Notes: generated by a model not told the origin, from the letters alone. 43,621 nucleotides of DNA from Nemertoderma westbladi (GCA_032718475.1 JAUCBJ010008843.1:1-43621); one strand, 5' to 3'; positions 1-10,940 are shown, counted from the first letter of the stretch. Translations and numbers: made by a program.

Positions 1-246
1 CAGCTTATATGAGTTATTTGCACTTATATGAGTTATTTGCACTTATATGAGTTATTTGTACATTTTAAGTCCTTGCGGTACCTTCCAGGCACATTAACAC
101 CGCGCGTAACCAGTTCTAGTTTCTCCTTTCCCCTATCATCGTCCTGTCTCGGGCGTTTTCGTTCCTCCTGTTTACCCTTCAGGCTACTCATCCGCACTGA
201 TACCGTCTTGCCAAGCCCCGTAGTTGGATCCTTGGGCGCGGGCGTT

Positions 247-672
247 TCACATTTCATGGTATCGTTTCGCTGGCGGTCCCACTGAGTGCCCCTCCTGCTT
301 CCCTCTGGTAGCGTCCCACATGATCATCTTCATTCCACGCGGCACATGCTCTGCCAGAAAGTTCCTGAATTCCATCCTGTTCTCTGGCGACCATCTGTCG
401 AGATATCTTTGGGTGTTAATAACCCCTCCATGTGATGCCGCTGTCGCTACCTCCTGATATGTGAATGGTAGTCTCCTCTTATTAATCTCCTGGTGGGCCT
501 GTAGGTTGATGTTGAAAAACCCCCACCGGAACTCCTGGGCCTTCATCCTTTGCCTAGTCATGACTCCGACGTTGGCCCAGTCCTCGTAAACACGGAACTT
601 ATCCTCATTGTCCATCCAGTCGCACTGGCGCTCAAAATGCCCCCTAAACTTACACTTCGTACACCTATCAGC
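247..672 (-). pseudogene. Degenerate Gag-like ORF with a CCHC zinc knuckle
   Basis: The frame of ORF 247-615 stays open upstream to 672 and reads ADRCTKCKFRGHFERQCDWMDNED (C-x2-C-x4-H-x4-C). In-frame TAG stops lie further upstream. Confidence 0.45.
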
Positions 673-1706
673 CTATGGTGCAGCCTCGGGCATGCGCCCA
701 TTCTATGGGTAGACTCGTGACAATATAGACATGTCGCCCCCTTTTGGTAGCGATACAGACAATTCTTCTGCTGATGGGTTTAGTCTCCCACAGTAGTCGC
801 GCAACCGTCTATCACTGTCTGTCGCCCTAACTCATCCTTGGGTCCGCATAGCCTCCTGGGTCTATGGAGCCGTTGATATGTGAACATTTCCATCTTATCA
901 TCCCTACCCATGTCGATGTCCTCCTCTTCCCCATGACCTACTAAAGTTATGTTATATATACTTATTCACATTTATCCATCTAAAAATCAATCGGCCCACT
1001 AATTTAGTGGTCCTGCTGCAGCTTGGCAGGTCGTGGTTTAGTAGGTCATGTCTTCCCTCGGCATCGTCTCCCCAAACACTACTTGAGGTGGCGCCCCCGG
1101 TTGCTCGCCTGGCCGAATCGTGTTCGCCGGGCGCCGGCTCCCACGTGCTCCCAGGCTCGCTTGCCGGGTGCGTCCCAGGAGGCTCTCGCCCCGCTGGCTG
1201 TCACGACTCTCCCGTCCACCCAGTCCGTGTCCGCCCGGCCGATCCTCTCTATCGGCAGCATCTCTCCGAACTCGTCCTCCTCTACTTCATCTGCCACAAG
1301 CGGTTCCAAGCCCGGGATCCTGGTTGATCCACCATGTCCCTTCCCGGCCTGGTACTCGCCCGTAACCCTCCACCCTCCACCCCTCCATCGCTCTCGGTCT
1401 CTTCCTCCCAAAGTCGCCCTCGGACCCCCCCCCCCCCCCCCCCGGTATCAGCATTCCCTGCAGCCAGATGTTGACTGTATCGGTGCCTCTTCCATCCAAT
1501 CCACCTCATCCCCTAGCCGAATCCCCTTATATCTGCCTCTCTACCTGCTGCCTCCCTCCCCTCTTTCCTAGCGACTTCCTCTAGTCAGTCAGTGGTGGTC
1601 CATGGTCAAAATTTTTGGTTGGGCCAGACAGCCAGAGCGAAAACTTTATGAATACAGTGGACTCATTAATACTGTAATAAATAAATACACATCAGATTGG
1701 TGTTAA

Positions 1707-3883
1707 GGGGGGGGGGGGGGGGGGGGGGGTGTGTTATTGTCGAAGAAATAAAAATGGTTTTATCTAAATTATAACATTAAGTTATAGTTCATATGGTATT
1801 TTCGTATTGCAAAAAAATATGATTGTAAGTATGAAGTAACCTATATGTTATTGAGATATTGTTTATTTGTTTGGTTAAAAGGCCCGCCACTGCAACCTGT
1901 TCCTTTCCGTTAATTAAGTAATCTAGTTTAGTTTACTGTTTTGGTTAGAAAACACCGCCACTGTAACCTGCTCCTTTTGCCACAGGTACGCATACTGTAT
2001 GAATGATAACTGAACATTATTATCTAAATTGAAATTCAGAACACTTGTTGCTTTAAATATAGGCCTAGTAAGTTTTGTTTAAAGTGTAAGTTCTAAGTTG
2101 GCCTTTAATCCTACAGTCCTACGTAGAACGTAGACATGAACAGATGAAATTGCATAACTCATTTTGTTTGAAGTTGATGTCATTTGTTCTTATACCTGTA
2201 TATAGATAGGCCTACGTCTTAATAAATTTCTAGGCCCTCAATTGTCAGGTCAGGACGTACCAGTCGGCTGCACAGCCTTTCTTTTAGTAGGCCTTGCCTA
2301 TTACAGTATTACCTAGCACCTACAGTCCTACAACTAGCTCATTACAGCATTAGGCCTATATTAAATCTCCATTCAGTTAATATCCATTGCTTCTCGAACC
2401 GGGAGGACCTGAACTCTTTAAGCGACAACAATCAGATAATGCAACGGTTTACTTGTGAGTCGGGCAACACACTGCTAATTACCAAATCTATGTTCAGATG
2501 TTCGCGAACATCTGTTCGGAAAATAGTCCGTTTGTGCGGACGTTTCTCGAAGAATACCTGGACGCGAACTCGAGTTTTCTGGACTATTATGTCGTTAATA
2601 AATGTACGGCAGGTCATATTACCGAGTGGCTGCTGCGTTCACTCACCTCTGGGTCTAACAACGCCGCCACCACCTCGGATTTGTCTTACAACACGACCCA
2701 ATCACCGGCCACTGTCCCGACTGCCGGGTACCACGAGACTAGTATGCCACAGTGTCCATTGACGGCATCGGCGTCGACACCTACGTACCACCACAATTAC
2801 AATCCTGCGACATCCGGGGGGGGGTGTGTTATTGTCGAAGAAATAAAAATGGTTTTATCTAAATTATAACATTAAGTTATAGTTCATATGGTATTTTCGT
2901 ATTGCAAAAAAATATGATTGTAAGTATGAAGTAACCTATATGTTATTGAGATATTGTTTATTTGTTTGGTTAAAAGGCCCGCCACTGCAACCTGTTCCTT
3001 TCCGTTAATTAAGTAATCTAGTTTTACTTTACTGTTTTGGTTAGAAAACACCACCACTGTAACCTGCTCCTTTTGCCACAGGTACGCATACTGTATGAAT
3101 GATAACTGAACATTATTATCTAAATTGAAATTCAGAACACTTGTTGCTTTAAATATAGGCCTAGTAAGTTTTGTTTTAAGTGTAAGTTCTAAGTTGGCCT
3201 TTAATCATACTGTCCTACATAGAACGTAGACATGAACAGATGAAATTACATAACTCATTTTGTTTGAAGTTGATGTCATTTGTTCTTATACCTGTATATA
3301 CAGATATAGGCCTACGTCTTAATAAATTTCTAGGCCCTCAATTGTCAGGACGTACCAGTCGGCGGCACAGCCTTTCTTTTAGTAGGCCTTGCCTATTACC
3401 TAGCACCTACAGTCCTACACCTAGCTCATTAGGCCTATATTAAATCTTCATTCAGTTAATATCCATTGCTTCTCGAACCGGGAGGACCTGAACTCTTCAA
3501 CCGACAACAATCAGACAATGGAACGGTTTACTTGTGAGTCGGGCAACGCACTGCTAATTACCAAATCTATGTTCGCGAACATCTGTTCGGAAAATGGTCC
3601 GTTTGTGCGGACGTTTCTCGAAGAATACCTGGACGCGAACTCGAGTTTTCTGGACTATTATGTCGTTAATAAATGTACGGCAGGTCATATTACCGAGTGG
3701 CTGCTGCGTTCACTCTCCTCTGGGTATAACAACGCCGCCACCACCTCGGATTTGTCTCACAACACGACCCAATCACCGGCCACTGTCCCGACTGCCGGGT
3801 ACCACGAGACCAGTATGCCACAGTGTCCATTGACGGCATCGGCGTCGCCACCTACGTACCACCACAATTACAATCCTGTGACA
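1707..3883 (+). repeat. Tandem duplication of a ~1.1 kb unit (upstream region plus the 5' part of ZNF exon 1)
   Basis: Units start at poly-G runs at 1707 and 2816, each followed by 'tgtgttattgtcgaagaaat'. Unit 1 breaks at 'aatcctgcgaca'. Confidence 0.95.
2439..2812 (+). pseudogene. Truncated, frameshifted duplicate of ZNF exon 1
   Basis: MQRFTCESGNTLLITKSMF, then an 8-nt insertion (atgttcag-atgttc) shifts the frame. The remainder is ORF 2498-2869, and homology stops at the poly-G junction. Confidence 0.88.
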
Positions 3884-4517
3884 GGAAAGCATCCGCAATC
3901 TCGATACTCGAATCAACCCTCGCCACCTACTGAACCCTCCTCTATGCAGCCTGTGGTGAGGTTACAACATCTCAACCAGACAGACCTACCGGGAGAACAA
4001 AGACAAATGGATCCCAAACTGAGTCCGATAGACACCAAACCAAACCTCATTGAATCTGAATCGAGTAATAATACAGCCAGTTCAACTTTATTATCTTATA
4101 ACAACATATCGTATACCGCTACCCCCGCAGTTACCGCAACCAACTCAAACCATTATTCTACCCAACCTCTATCAGCAGACCAGTCAGATGTTCCGGTAAT
4201 CCTACGCATTAAGACGGAAGACGAACTGGAATATAAACCCGACCTAAACGAGGTTGGTGATGGCTTGGGCGATTTATTCTCCCCTATAGATGTAGCATAT
4301 GGAAACAGTACAGACACTAATGCTTCGACCACCCACTCAGCTCAGCAGAATCTCCTCCCGGACTCTAACTCCCTGTCTCCCAACACCGCTCATGGTCCCC
4401 TAACAGACACTAACTCTTCACCAACCCTCACTACTCAGTCTCTAGACGACTTCAACTTAAACCTTCCCAACACCTACAACCTCCTGTTGGCCTCTAAATC
4501 GACAGTTTCCGGTATCG
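3518..4517 (+). CDS. C2H2 zinc-finger protein A, exon 1 (N-terminal helical motif plus S/T/P/N-rich region)
   Basis: ORF from ATG 3518 with a canonical donor G|GTGAGT at 4517/4518 (phase 1). It joins in frame to the acceptor at 6342/6343. Confidence 0.85.
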
Positions 4518-4868
4518 GTGAGTTACTATGATTTGTATTCTAAACATCGTCTAGTCCGTATTGCCCCCAAACTGAACAGAGTAGTTGTTTATTTATAGTG
4601 ACAGTTATGATAGTTCTGAATTTAGTTTTTGTTTTTTAGGGTTTTTATCTGATTTAATTAAATTCAATCTAGCCTGAAGCCTTTCTCACCAAATAACAAA
4701 TATAATATACGAAGCCTATTTCCCAAACTCGCCGAATTGCAAACAAAACTCCAGAATAGAGACATCACATTTTTAGCTTTGTCAGAGAAATAGCTGGACT
4801 CTATTATCCAGATGAAGAAATACAAATACAAGGGAATTCATTCTGCGTCGCACAAGTTATTGCGATTA

Positions 4869-5223
4869 CTCAGGAGTCCCGAATAGACGGGGCGAGGCGA
4901 CACGGATATTATTTTTTGAAAAAAAAATCCACCCACAATTATCTTATTCCAGACTATTAAGTTTTTCTAAAAAATTTAGTACATTTTTTATCATGAGTAA
5001 ATAAACGTTTATTCTCATAATAATTGAGATTTGAAAGTGAAAGAAAACAAAACCGTGTGCCGAGTATACCACCGGTAGCCGTAGATACTACTGTACCTGT
5101 ACGCCTATACTGTATGTTAAGTAAGTAGGCCTAAATTTTCCACCCACGACGTTTATTCCAGCCACCCCGACTATTAGCATAATGAAATTTTTCCACCCAC
5201 CCCGTCTATTCTGGACTCCAGAG
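4869..5223. mobile_element. MITE with ~24-bp TIRs and TA flanks (Tc1/mariner-like) in the ZNF intron
   Basis: TA|CTCAGGAGTCCCGAATAGACGGGG ... CCCCGTCTATTCTGGACTCCAGAG|TA. Confidence 0.8.
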
Positions 5224-5224
5224 T

Positions 5225-6185
5225 ATATATATATATATATACGTTTATTGACAGAATAATATAAATTGAATTCAAATTAGCAGAGCACAATAACAGAAAA
5301 TTCAATAAAAGCACAATAACGGAACATCAATTTAAATAAGTAATATAATACTCTGTCCAGATAAGGTAACTCATGGAACAAAATAGCAATATTACATATT
5401 AATAATTACCTACTTAAAAAGAGAGTCGGGAATTCGAATTCTGGATGGACTATTTTCATCGATTATTCACTTAATAATATTTATTTATTGAAAATTTCTT
5501 GTACCTCACAACAGAATGCACATAATTTAGGTAACTCCGGTAAATTACAATGAAACAGGTTATCTATGGATGTATAATTACTAATACCAAATTTACAGCG
5601 CAGGTCTTTAGTGTAATCACAGTGTAATAGCACGTGTTCTTCGTCCTGTACTACACCCAGCTCACATGAACATACGCGGTTGCTAGGTGGCGTACGTGAC
5701 CACCTTCCTTTTTCGCTACGTAGGTTGTGTGAGAATGTACGAAATCTCGTAAAAGCTATCCGCTGGTAATCGGATATGCACAAAGTGCTATTTGAGTAAA
5801 TTTCGTGTGCGCATAATTGAGGGTTTATATTTTCACGGTACAATCTAAACTTTGTAGCCGTTGTCGGTTTATTAACTACTTTCCACCTTCGTGCCTTTAA
5901 CGAGTAGGCCTCCACATAGCTATCGCAGGCAGTACTAAGTAACTGGAACATTTTTATGTTAGAATCCGACGTTAATTTAAATATTTGCTTGATGGGTAAC
6001 GATTCATCTAATATTCTTGAATACTTCTTATAAATACGTAGCTGTGATTTCAAAATCAGAGTCTGTAGGGGTGGTAACCCGCTTTCTAACAGGCATATAT
6101 CATTCGGGGTAGTTATTCGTACACCTATTAGAGATTTTATTGCTTTCATATACAAAGTGTCTATAATCTTAAACTTCATATCGAT
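5225..6185 (-). mobile_element. 5'-truncated non-LTR retrotransposon (ORF2 C-terminus, L2/Crack/Daphne/RTEX-type) in the intron of copy A only
   Basis: ORF 5481-6179 contains FRTFSHNLRSEKGRW...RVCSC...QDEEHVLLHC, a typical LINE C-terminal Cys/His domain. It has a 3' AATAAA plus (TA)n tail at ~5225-5250 and is absent from the copy B intron. Confidence 0.85.
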
Positions 6186-6342
6186 AGTACATATATCTAT
6201 AGTAAAATCGTATTTATTTACATATAAGAATTTAAAACTACAGTAATTAGCAAGTTCTATTGACTAATTATTGCATTAATTACTTAAATTATTCTCGTTT
6301 CCAATATTCTACATTTATAATCTACTCCATTACTTTCTATAG

Positions 6343-7004
6343 GCGACCAATCTCAACCATTTCCTGATGATACAGACATGCTCGCTTCCGACGATGACGT
6401 AACACCCGGAAGTATGAATAATCCCTTCGACCAACCTGGTCCCTCTGGGATTCAACCCCAGGATATTGTGAAAAGGAGCCGCTCCAATGAGAAGCCGTTC
6501 AGCTGTGATACTTGTGGTAAAGCGTTCGCAAGGAACAGCAACCTAATTATACACCAACGGATCCACACCGGCGATCGTCCTTACCAATGTGGCATCTGTA
6601 ACAAACGATTCTCTCAACTAAGTTCCCTAAAGACACACAAACGTGCGCACAGTGGAGAGAAACCGTATAACTGCAACCTGTGTGAGAAAAGTTTCTCTCA
6701 ACTAGGCAACCTAACTGCGCACAAGCGGACGCATTCCGGAGAACGTCCGTTCGTGTGCGACACGTGCGGGAAGGGATTTACGGAGAGCTGCAGTTTAACG
6801 TCCCACAAAAGAATTCACACGAAAGATCGACCGTACGTGTGCGACACGTGTGGGAAGGAATTTACGGAGAGCAGCAATCTAACGCGCCACAAGAGATTAC
6901 ATACAGGTGAACGACCGTTTAGCTGCGATACATGTGGGAAATGTTTCACCCAACGACATCAAGTAAAGCGCCACAAATGTATCCGCAGTGGGGAGACTCG
7001 GTAG
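6343..7004 (+). CDS. C2H2 zinc-finger protein A, exon 2 (6 tandem fingers, the last lacking its second His); spliced product 553 aa
   Basis: Acceptor tactttctatAG|GC, in frame with ORF 6378-7004. C-x2-C-x12-H-x3-H repeats with TGERPF-type linkers. AATAAA at 7161. Confidence 0.92.
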
Positions 7005-7251
7005 CTGTAATGTTTGTAAGAAACGTTTCTCAACTTCCATGTATATTGGTAGACTCTATTTCTCCCTTGTTGCGGTTTAAATTAGTAAACTATATATGAC
7101 GTTTGTTGTAGATTGAACTGCTATATGTCAGTCAGTACTACAACTCTTGTTATAATGATTAATAAAGGTTGTCTAGGGACTGGCCTAGCGGCCCGATAAG
7201 GAGCCGATATTGTATTTCATAAAAACTGTCAATTGGTTGCGGTTACCAAGT

Positions 7252-8214
7252 GTGTTGACTGTATCGGTATCTCTTCCATCCAATCCAACTCATCCCCTAG
7301 CCGAAACTCACCCGAGGCCTCCAATCCCCACCTCAACTCATCCAAATCTTGGGCCTCAAAATCATATTCCCCTCCCCTTATATCTGCCTCTCTACCTGCT
7401 GCCTCCCTCCCCTCTTTCCTAGCGACTTCCTCTAGTCAGTCAGTGGTGGTCAAAATTTTTGGTTGGGCCAGACCGAAAACTTTATGAATACAGTGGACTC
7501 AGTAATACTGTAATAAGGGGGGGGGGGGGGGGGTTATTGTCGAAGAAATAAAATGGTTTTATCTAAATTATAACATTAAGTTATAGTTCGTTCATATGGT
7601 ATTTTCGTATTGCAAAAATAAGATTGTAAGTATGAAGTAACCTATATGTTATTGAGATATTGTTTATTTGTTTGGTTAAAAAGCCCAAAGCCCGCCACTG
7701 TAACCTGCCCCTTTCCGTTAATTAAGTAATCTAGTTTAGTTTACTGTTTTGGTTAGAAAACACCGCCACTGTAACCTGCTCCTTTTGCCACAGGTACGCA
7801 TACTGTATGAATGATAACTGAACATTATTATCTAAATTGAAATTCAGAGCACTTGTTGCTTTAAATATAGTACGTTTTGTTTTAAGTGTAAGTTCTAAGT
7901 TGGCGTTTAATCCTACTGTCCTAGTCCTACGTAGAACGTAGACATGAACAGATGAAATTGCATAACTATAAATGAATTGTTGTGGGGTGGGTGACGGCGA
8001 ATAAATATATATGTTATAGTACATTATGATAATACTCTCCATAGCGAAAAATATCAACCGCCCCTATTGGGGCTCGAACCCGGTACCTAGGTTTCAAACT
8101 TCCGGTTATCATCAGCCGAGTGTGTGTCCTAAGACCACTGAGCTACCAGGGCGGTAGAAGGTTTATTCGCTGTGGAGTGGGGTATCATTTTTAGGCCTTT
8201 TTACGTCACTCTAA
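7252..8214. other. Insertion flanked by a 33-bp direct repeat; contains a diverged copy of ~1470-2155 and a tRNA-like element
   Basis: ataaaaactgtcaattggttgcggttaccaagt occurs at 7219-7251 and 8215-8247. Copy B has a single occurrence near 36766 with no insert. Confidence 0.85.
8057..8155 (-). mobile_element. tRNA-derived SINE head / tRNA-like sequence
   Basis: The minus strand has an A box (TAGCTCAGTGG), a B box (GGTTCGAGCC) and complementary ends ACCGCCC/GGGCGGT. The middle does not form a normal anticodon arm. Confidence 0.6.
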
Positions 8215-8239
8215 ATAAAAACTGTCAATTGGTTGCGGT

Positions 8240-8637
8240 TACCAAGTTACAAATCTGTGTTTCTGGTTACAAATCTGATATTCCTGTAACAATTTAGTGT
8301 TCTCGGTTACAAATCGAAGCACCTTGGTACGAATCTGTTCTCACAATTATGATAATGATCATAGTTGTAAATTGGAGTACCTTGTTACAAATCTTAGTTT
8401 ATGGTCGTGAATCTGACTATCTGGTTTCGATTCTGAGTTATCATTTATTAATCTGAGAGCCTGGTTATGAATTGAGGTTCCCAGTTACGAATCTCGGTAC
8501 CTGGTTACAAATCTGTGTTCCCAGATAAAATCAGTATTTTGTTACCAAGGTTAGCCTTAGCACCCAGTTACGAATGATGTATCTAGTTATGATTTGTACT
8601 TACTGGTTACTAATCCGAGCACCCAGTTTTAAATCTG
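8240..8637. repeat. Degenerate ~21-bp tandem repeat (ggttacaaatctg core)
   Basis: Recurrent ggttac(a/g)aatctg motifs. The paralogous array is at ~36789-37290. Confidence 0.75.
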
Positions 8638-8659
8638 CAGATTGGGGGGGGGGGGAGGG

Positions 8660-9808
8660 GGGACGACTGGACGCATCCGGGCATCATAGTGCCCGGACGT
8701 CCGGACAACCGGGCGACCATGGAACAGTCAAATAGGCAGACAGACAAGTATAATAGACATCCAGATTTAGATAATTCCGGACAGTATTTTGGAGTTGCAC
8801 GGAAATCCGGATATTTTGGCCGGATTTTTGGATGTCCGGGCATCATAGTGCCCGGACGTCCGGACATCCGCACGTCCGGGCGACTTTAGAACAGTCAAAT
8901 AGACAGTTTAAAGGACACCCAGATTTATAGAATTCCGAACAGTATTTTGGAATTGCCCGGAAATCCGGACATTTTGGCCGGATTTTTGGATGTCCGGGCA
9001 TCATAGTGCCCGGATGTCCGGGCGACTTTAGAACAGTCAAATAGACAGACAGACAGTTTAAAGGACACCCAGATTTAGAGAATTCCGGACAGTATTTTGG
9101 AATTGGCCGGAAACCCGGACATTTTGGCCGGATTTTTGTATGTCCGGGCATCCTAGTGCCCGGAAGTCCGGGCATCCGGACATCCGGGCGACCTTGGAAC
9201 AGTCAAATAGGCAGACAGACAAGTTTATTGGTCACCCAGATTTAGAGAATTCCGCACAGTACTTTGGAATTGCCCGGAAATCCGGTACATTTTGGCCGGA
9301 TTTTGGATGTCCGGGCATCATAGTGCCCGGACGTCCGGACATCCGGACGACTTTGGAACAATCAAATAGGCAGACAGACAGGTTTAATGGACACCCAGAT
9401 TTAGAGAATTCCGGACAGTATTTTGGAATTGGCCGGAAATCCGGACATTTTGGCCGGATTTTTGGATGTCCGGGCATCATAGTGCCCAGACGTCCGGACA
9501 TCCTTGCTACTTAACAGTCAAACAGACAGACAGTTTAAAGGACACCGAGATTTAGAGAATTCCGGACAGTATTTTGGAATTGCCCGGAAATCCGGACATT
9601 TTGGCCGGATTTTTGGATGTCCGGGCATCATAGTGCCCGGACGTCCGGACATTCCCTCTCCAGAGGAAATTCGACGCAAATAAAGCCTGATTACTCTCAA
9701 AAATAATACAGAAACCTGTTCTATTGTGTTTAGTTTATTGTTTTGGTTAAAATAGCATACCACTGTAACCTGCTCCTTTCTCTAAATTGAGAATTTAAGA
9801 TTGAGGCC
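8660..9808. mobile_element. MITE family A copy (GACTGGACGCA end) interrupted by the satellite
   Basis: Poly-G plus gactggacgca lies at the left. 9651-9808 matches the family body (attactctcaaaaataa...ccactgtaacctgctcctttc). Confidence 0.65.
8677..9650. repeat. Satellite-like array, ~6.2 units of 150-167 bp, rich in CCGG and palindromes
   Basis: The hairpin ccgggcatcatagtgcccgg recurs at 8677, 8836, 8994, 9144, 9311, 9470 and 9621. The intervening sequences are homologous to one another. Confidence 0.95.
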
Positions 9809-9809
9809 G

Positions 9810-10940
9810 GGAGCCGGGATACTACTACAAGGATCGGCATGCTGCATTTTTAAGAATGCTGTGCCGGCATGTCGACAAAATTGCGCCGCCACAACTCCCT
9901 ATCACCCATGACATTTGCTAGATCATCCGCATCTTCAATGCCAGTGTCTTTTAAGATGCGTCTCAAGAAAGTCATGGGTTGTCCAGTCCACCATGCTTAT
10001 TCACTCCATGAGGCTGCCAAAGCACAAGATTATGCACTGGCTGGTCCTCACGGCGAAAGCAATGCCCTGCAAAGCGGAGGCGACTTTGTTCTAGTGTCAA
10101 GCTAGGGGGAACCAATGAGACACCTCTAATGTTATATAGTGTCTGGTTGGAGATCTGTGCATTGTACTTAACACAATGAACCCGGCGTAGCATTCTTGTG
10201 AATTCTTGTCCCCCTAGTGATTCTGAGAGTACTCCTTAAGTCATCAGCAAAGTCTAGATCAGTTAGGTACTTGGCAGGATTTCCTAGGCTTCTGGAGCCA
10301 GTAGGTGGAGCGTGGAGTTCGAGTTACCATCACCCCATCATCATTATGATGATCTAAGGACATGCGTAGAACATAGTCAACCACAATTATGAACAAGAAT
10401 GGCGCAAGTGTGTCTCCTTAGAGGACTCCCCATAATACTTCAAATGGTTCTGTGTCACTGTCAACAGTAGACACAAATGTTGTCGAACCATCGTATACTT
10501 ATCTGATTGCTGCAATAATTTCATCAGGAATCCCATATAATGAAAGTATGCTGAACATACGTGAGCGAGAGACTGAATCAAAGGCCTTGAAGAACTCAAC
10601 AAAGATAACAGCCAGATGCCTGTCTTTCTTTTTTGATAATTCTTCAATTATCCTTCTAAGTGCAAAAATTGGCTCCATGGTCCCACGACCTTTACGGAAC
10701 CCATTCTGATTTCCACGGAGCAGTCTCTCAATGGGATCCCTGATGCGATTTAATAGAATCCTATTGTATAGCTTTGCAGCAATCGAGATCAATGAGATTC
10801 CCCGAAAAGAACCATAGAGTGTTAGGTTGCTCTTCTTGGGAACTGGCACCAACTTATTTGTTTTCATTTCTTGTGGGACTCTTGTTGTTCGGTACATGTC
10901 TACTATGATGGGATAGATGAGCTTTAAACACTCAGGTATT
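9810..10940 (-). mobile_element. Degenerate RTE-clade LINE fragment (reverse transcriptase and C-terminus)
   Basis: FRGISLISIAAKLYNRILLNR, QNGFRKGRGT, FFKAFDSV, YLTDLDFADD (~10240-10270) and RLRFAGHCFR are present, with frameshifts, stops and an internal deletion. Confidence 0.9.

Larger units (their letters stand above)
1..8637. repeat. Segmental duplication, copy A (continues beyond the left window edge)
   Basis: Near-identical to 30580-37156 (offset 30579 at the start; the ORF tracks repeat almost residue for residue). Homology ends at 'gttttaaatctg' near 8637/37156. Copy A has extra inserts (LINE at 5225-6185, block at 7252-8214). Confidence 0.97.

Noticed and set aside
3430-3460. TATA-like and Inr-like (TCAGTT) core promoter
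   Set aside because: The spacing is too short and AT-rich matches are common here. It cannot be supported without TSS data.
4518-4531. Exon-1 ORFs (337/339 aa) and finger ORFs (208/180 aa) as separate genes
   Set aside because: Canonical donor and acceptor sites join them in frame in both copies, and the ORF tails past the donor differ between copies.
3518-7004. PRDM9, KRAB-, BTB- or ZAD-type ZNF assignment
   Set aside because: No SET, KRAB or BTB motif and no CxxC...CxxC ZAD pattern is visible in the N-terminal region.
8057-8155. Functional tRNA gene
   Set aside because: A and B boxes are present but there is no convincing anticodon arm, and it lies within an inserted block. A SINE-like origin is more likely.
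8677-9650. CRISPR-like array of palindromic repeats
   Set aside because: The sequences between hairpins are homologous to each other rather than unique spacers, there are no cas genes, and the context is eukaryotic.
8610-9763. Repetitive ORFs on both strands (MPGHPKIRPKCPDF...)
   Set aside because: These are translation by-products of the satellite, with frames shifting between units.
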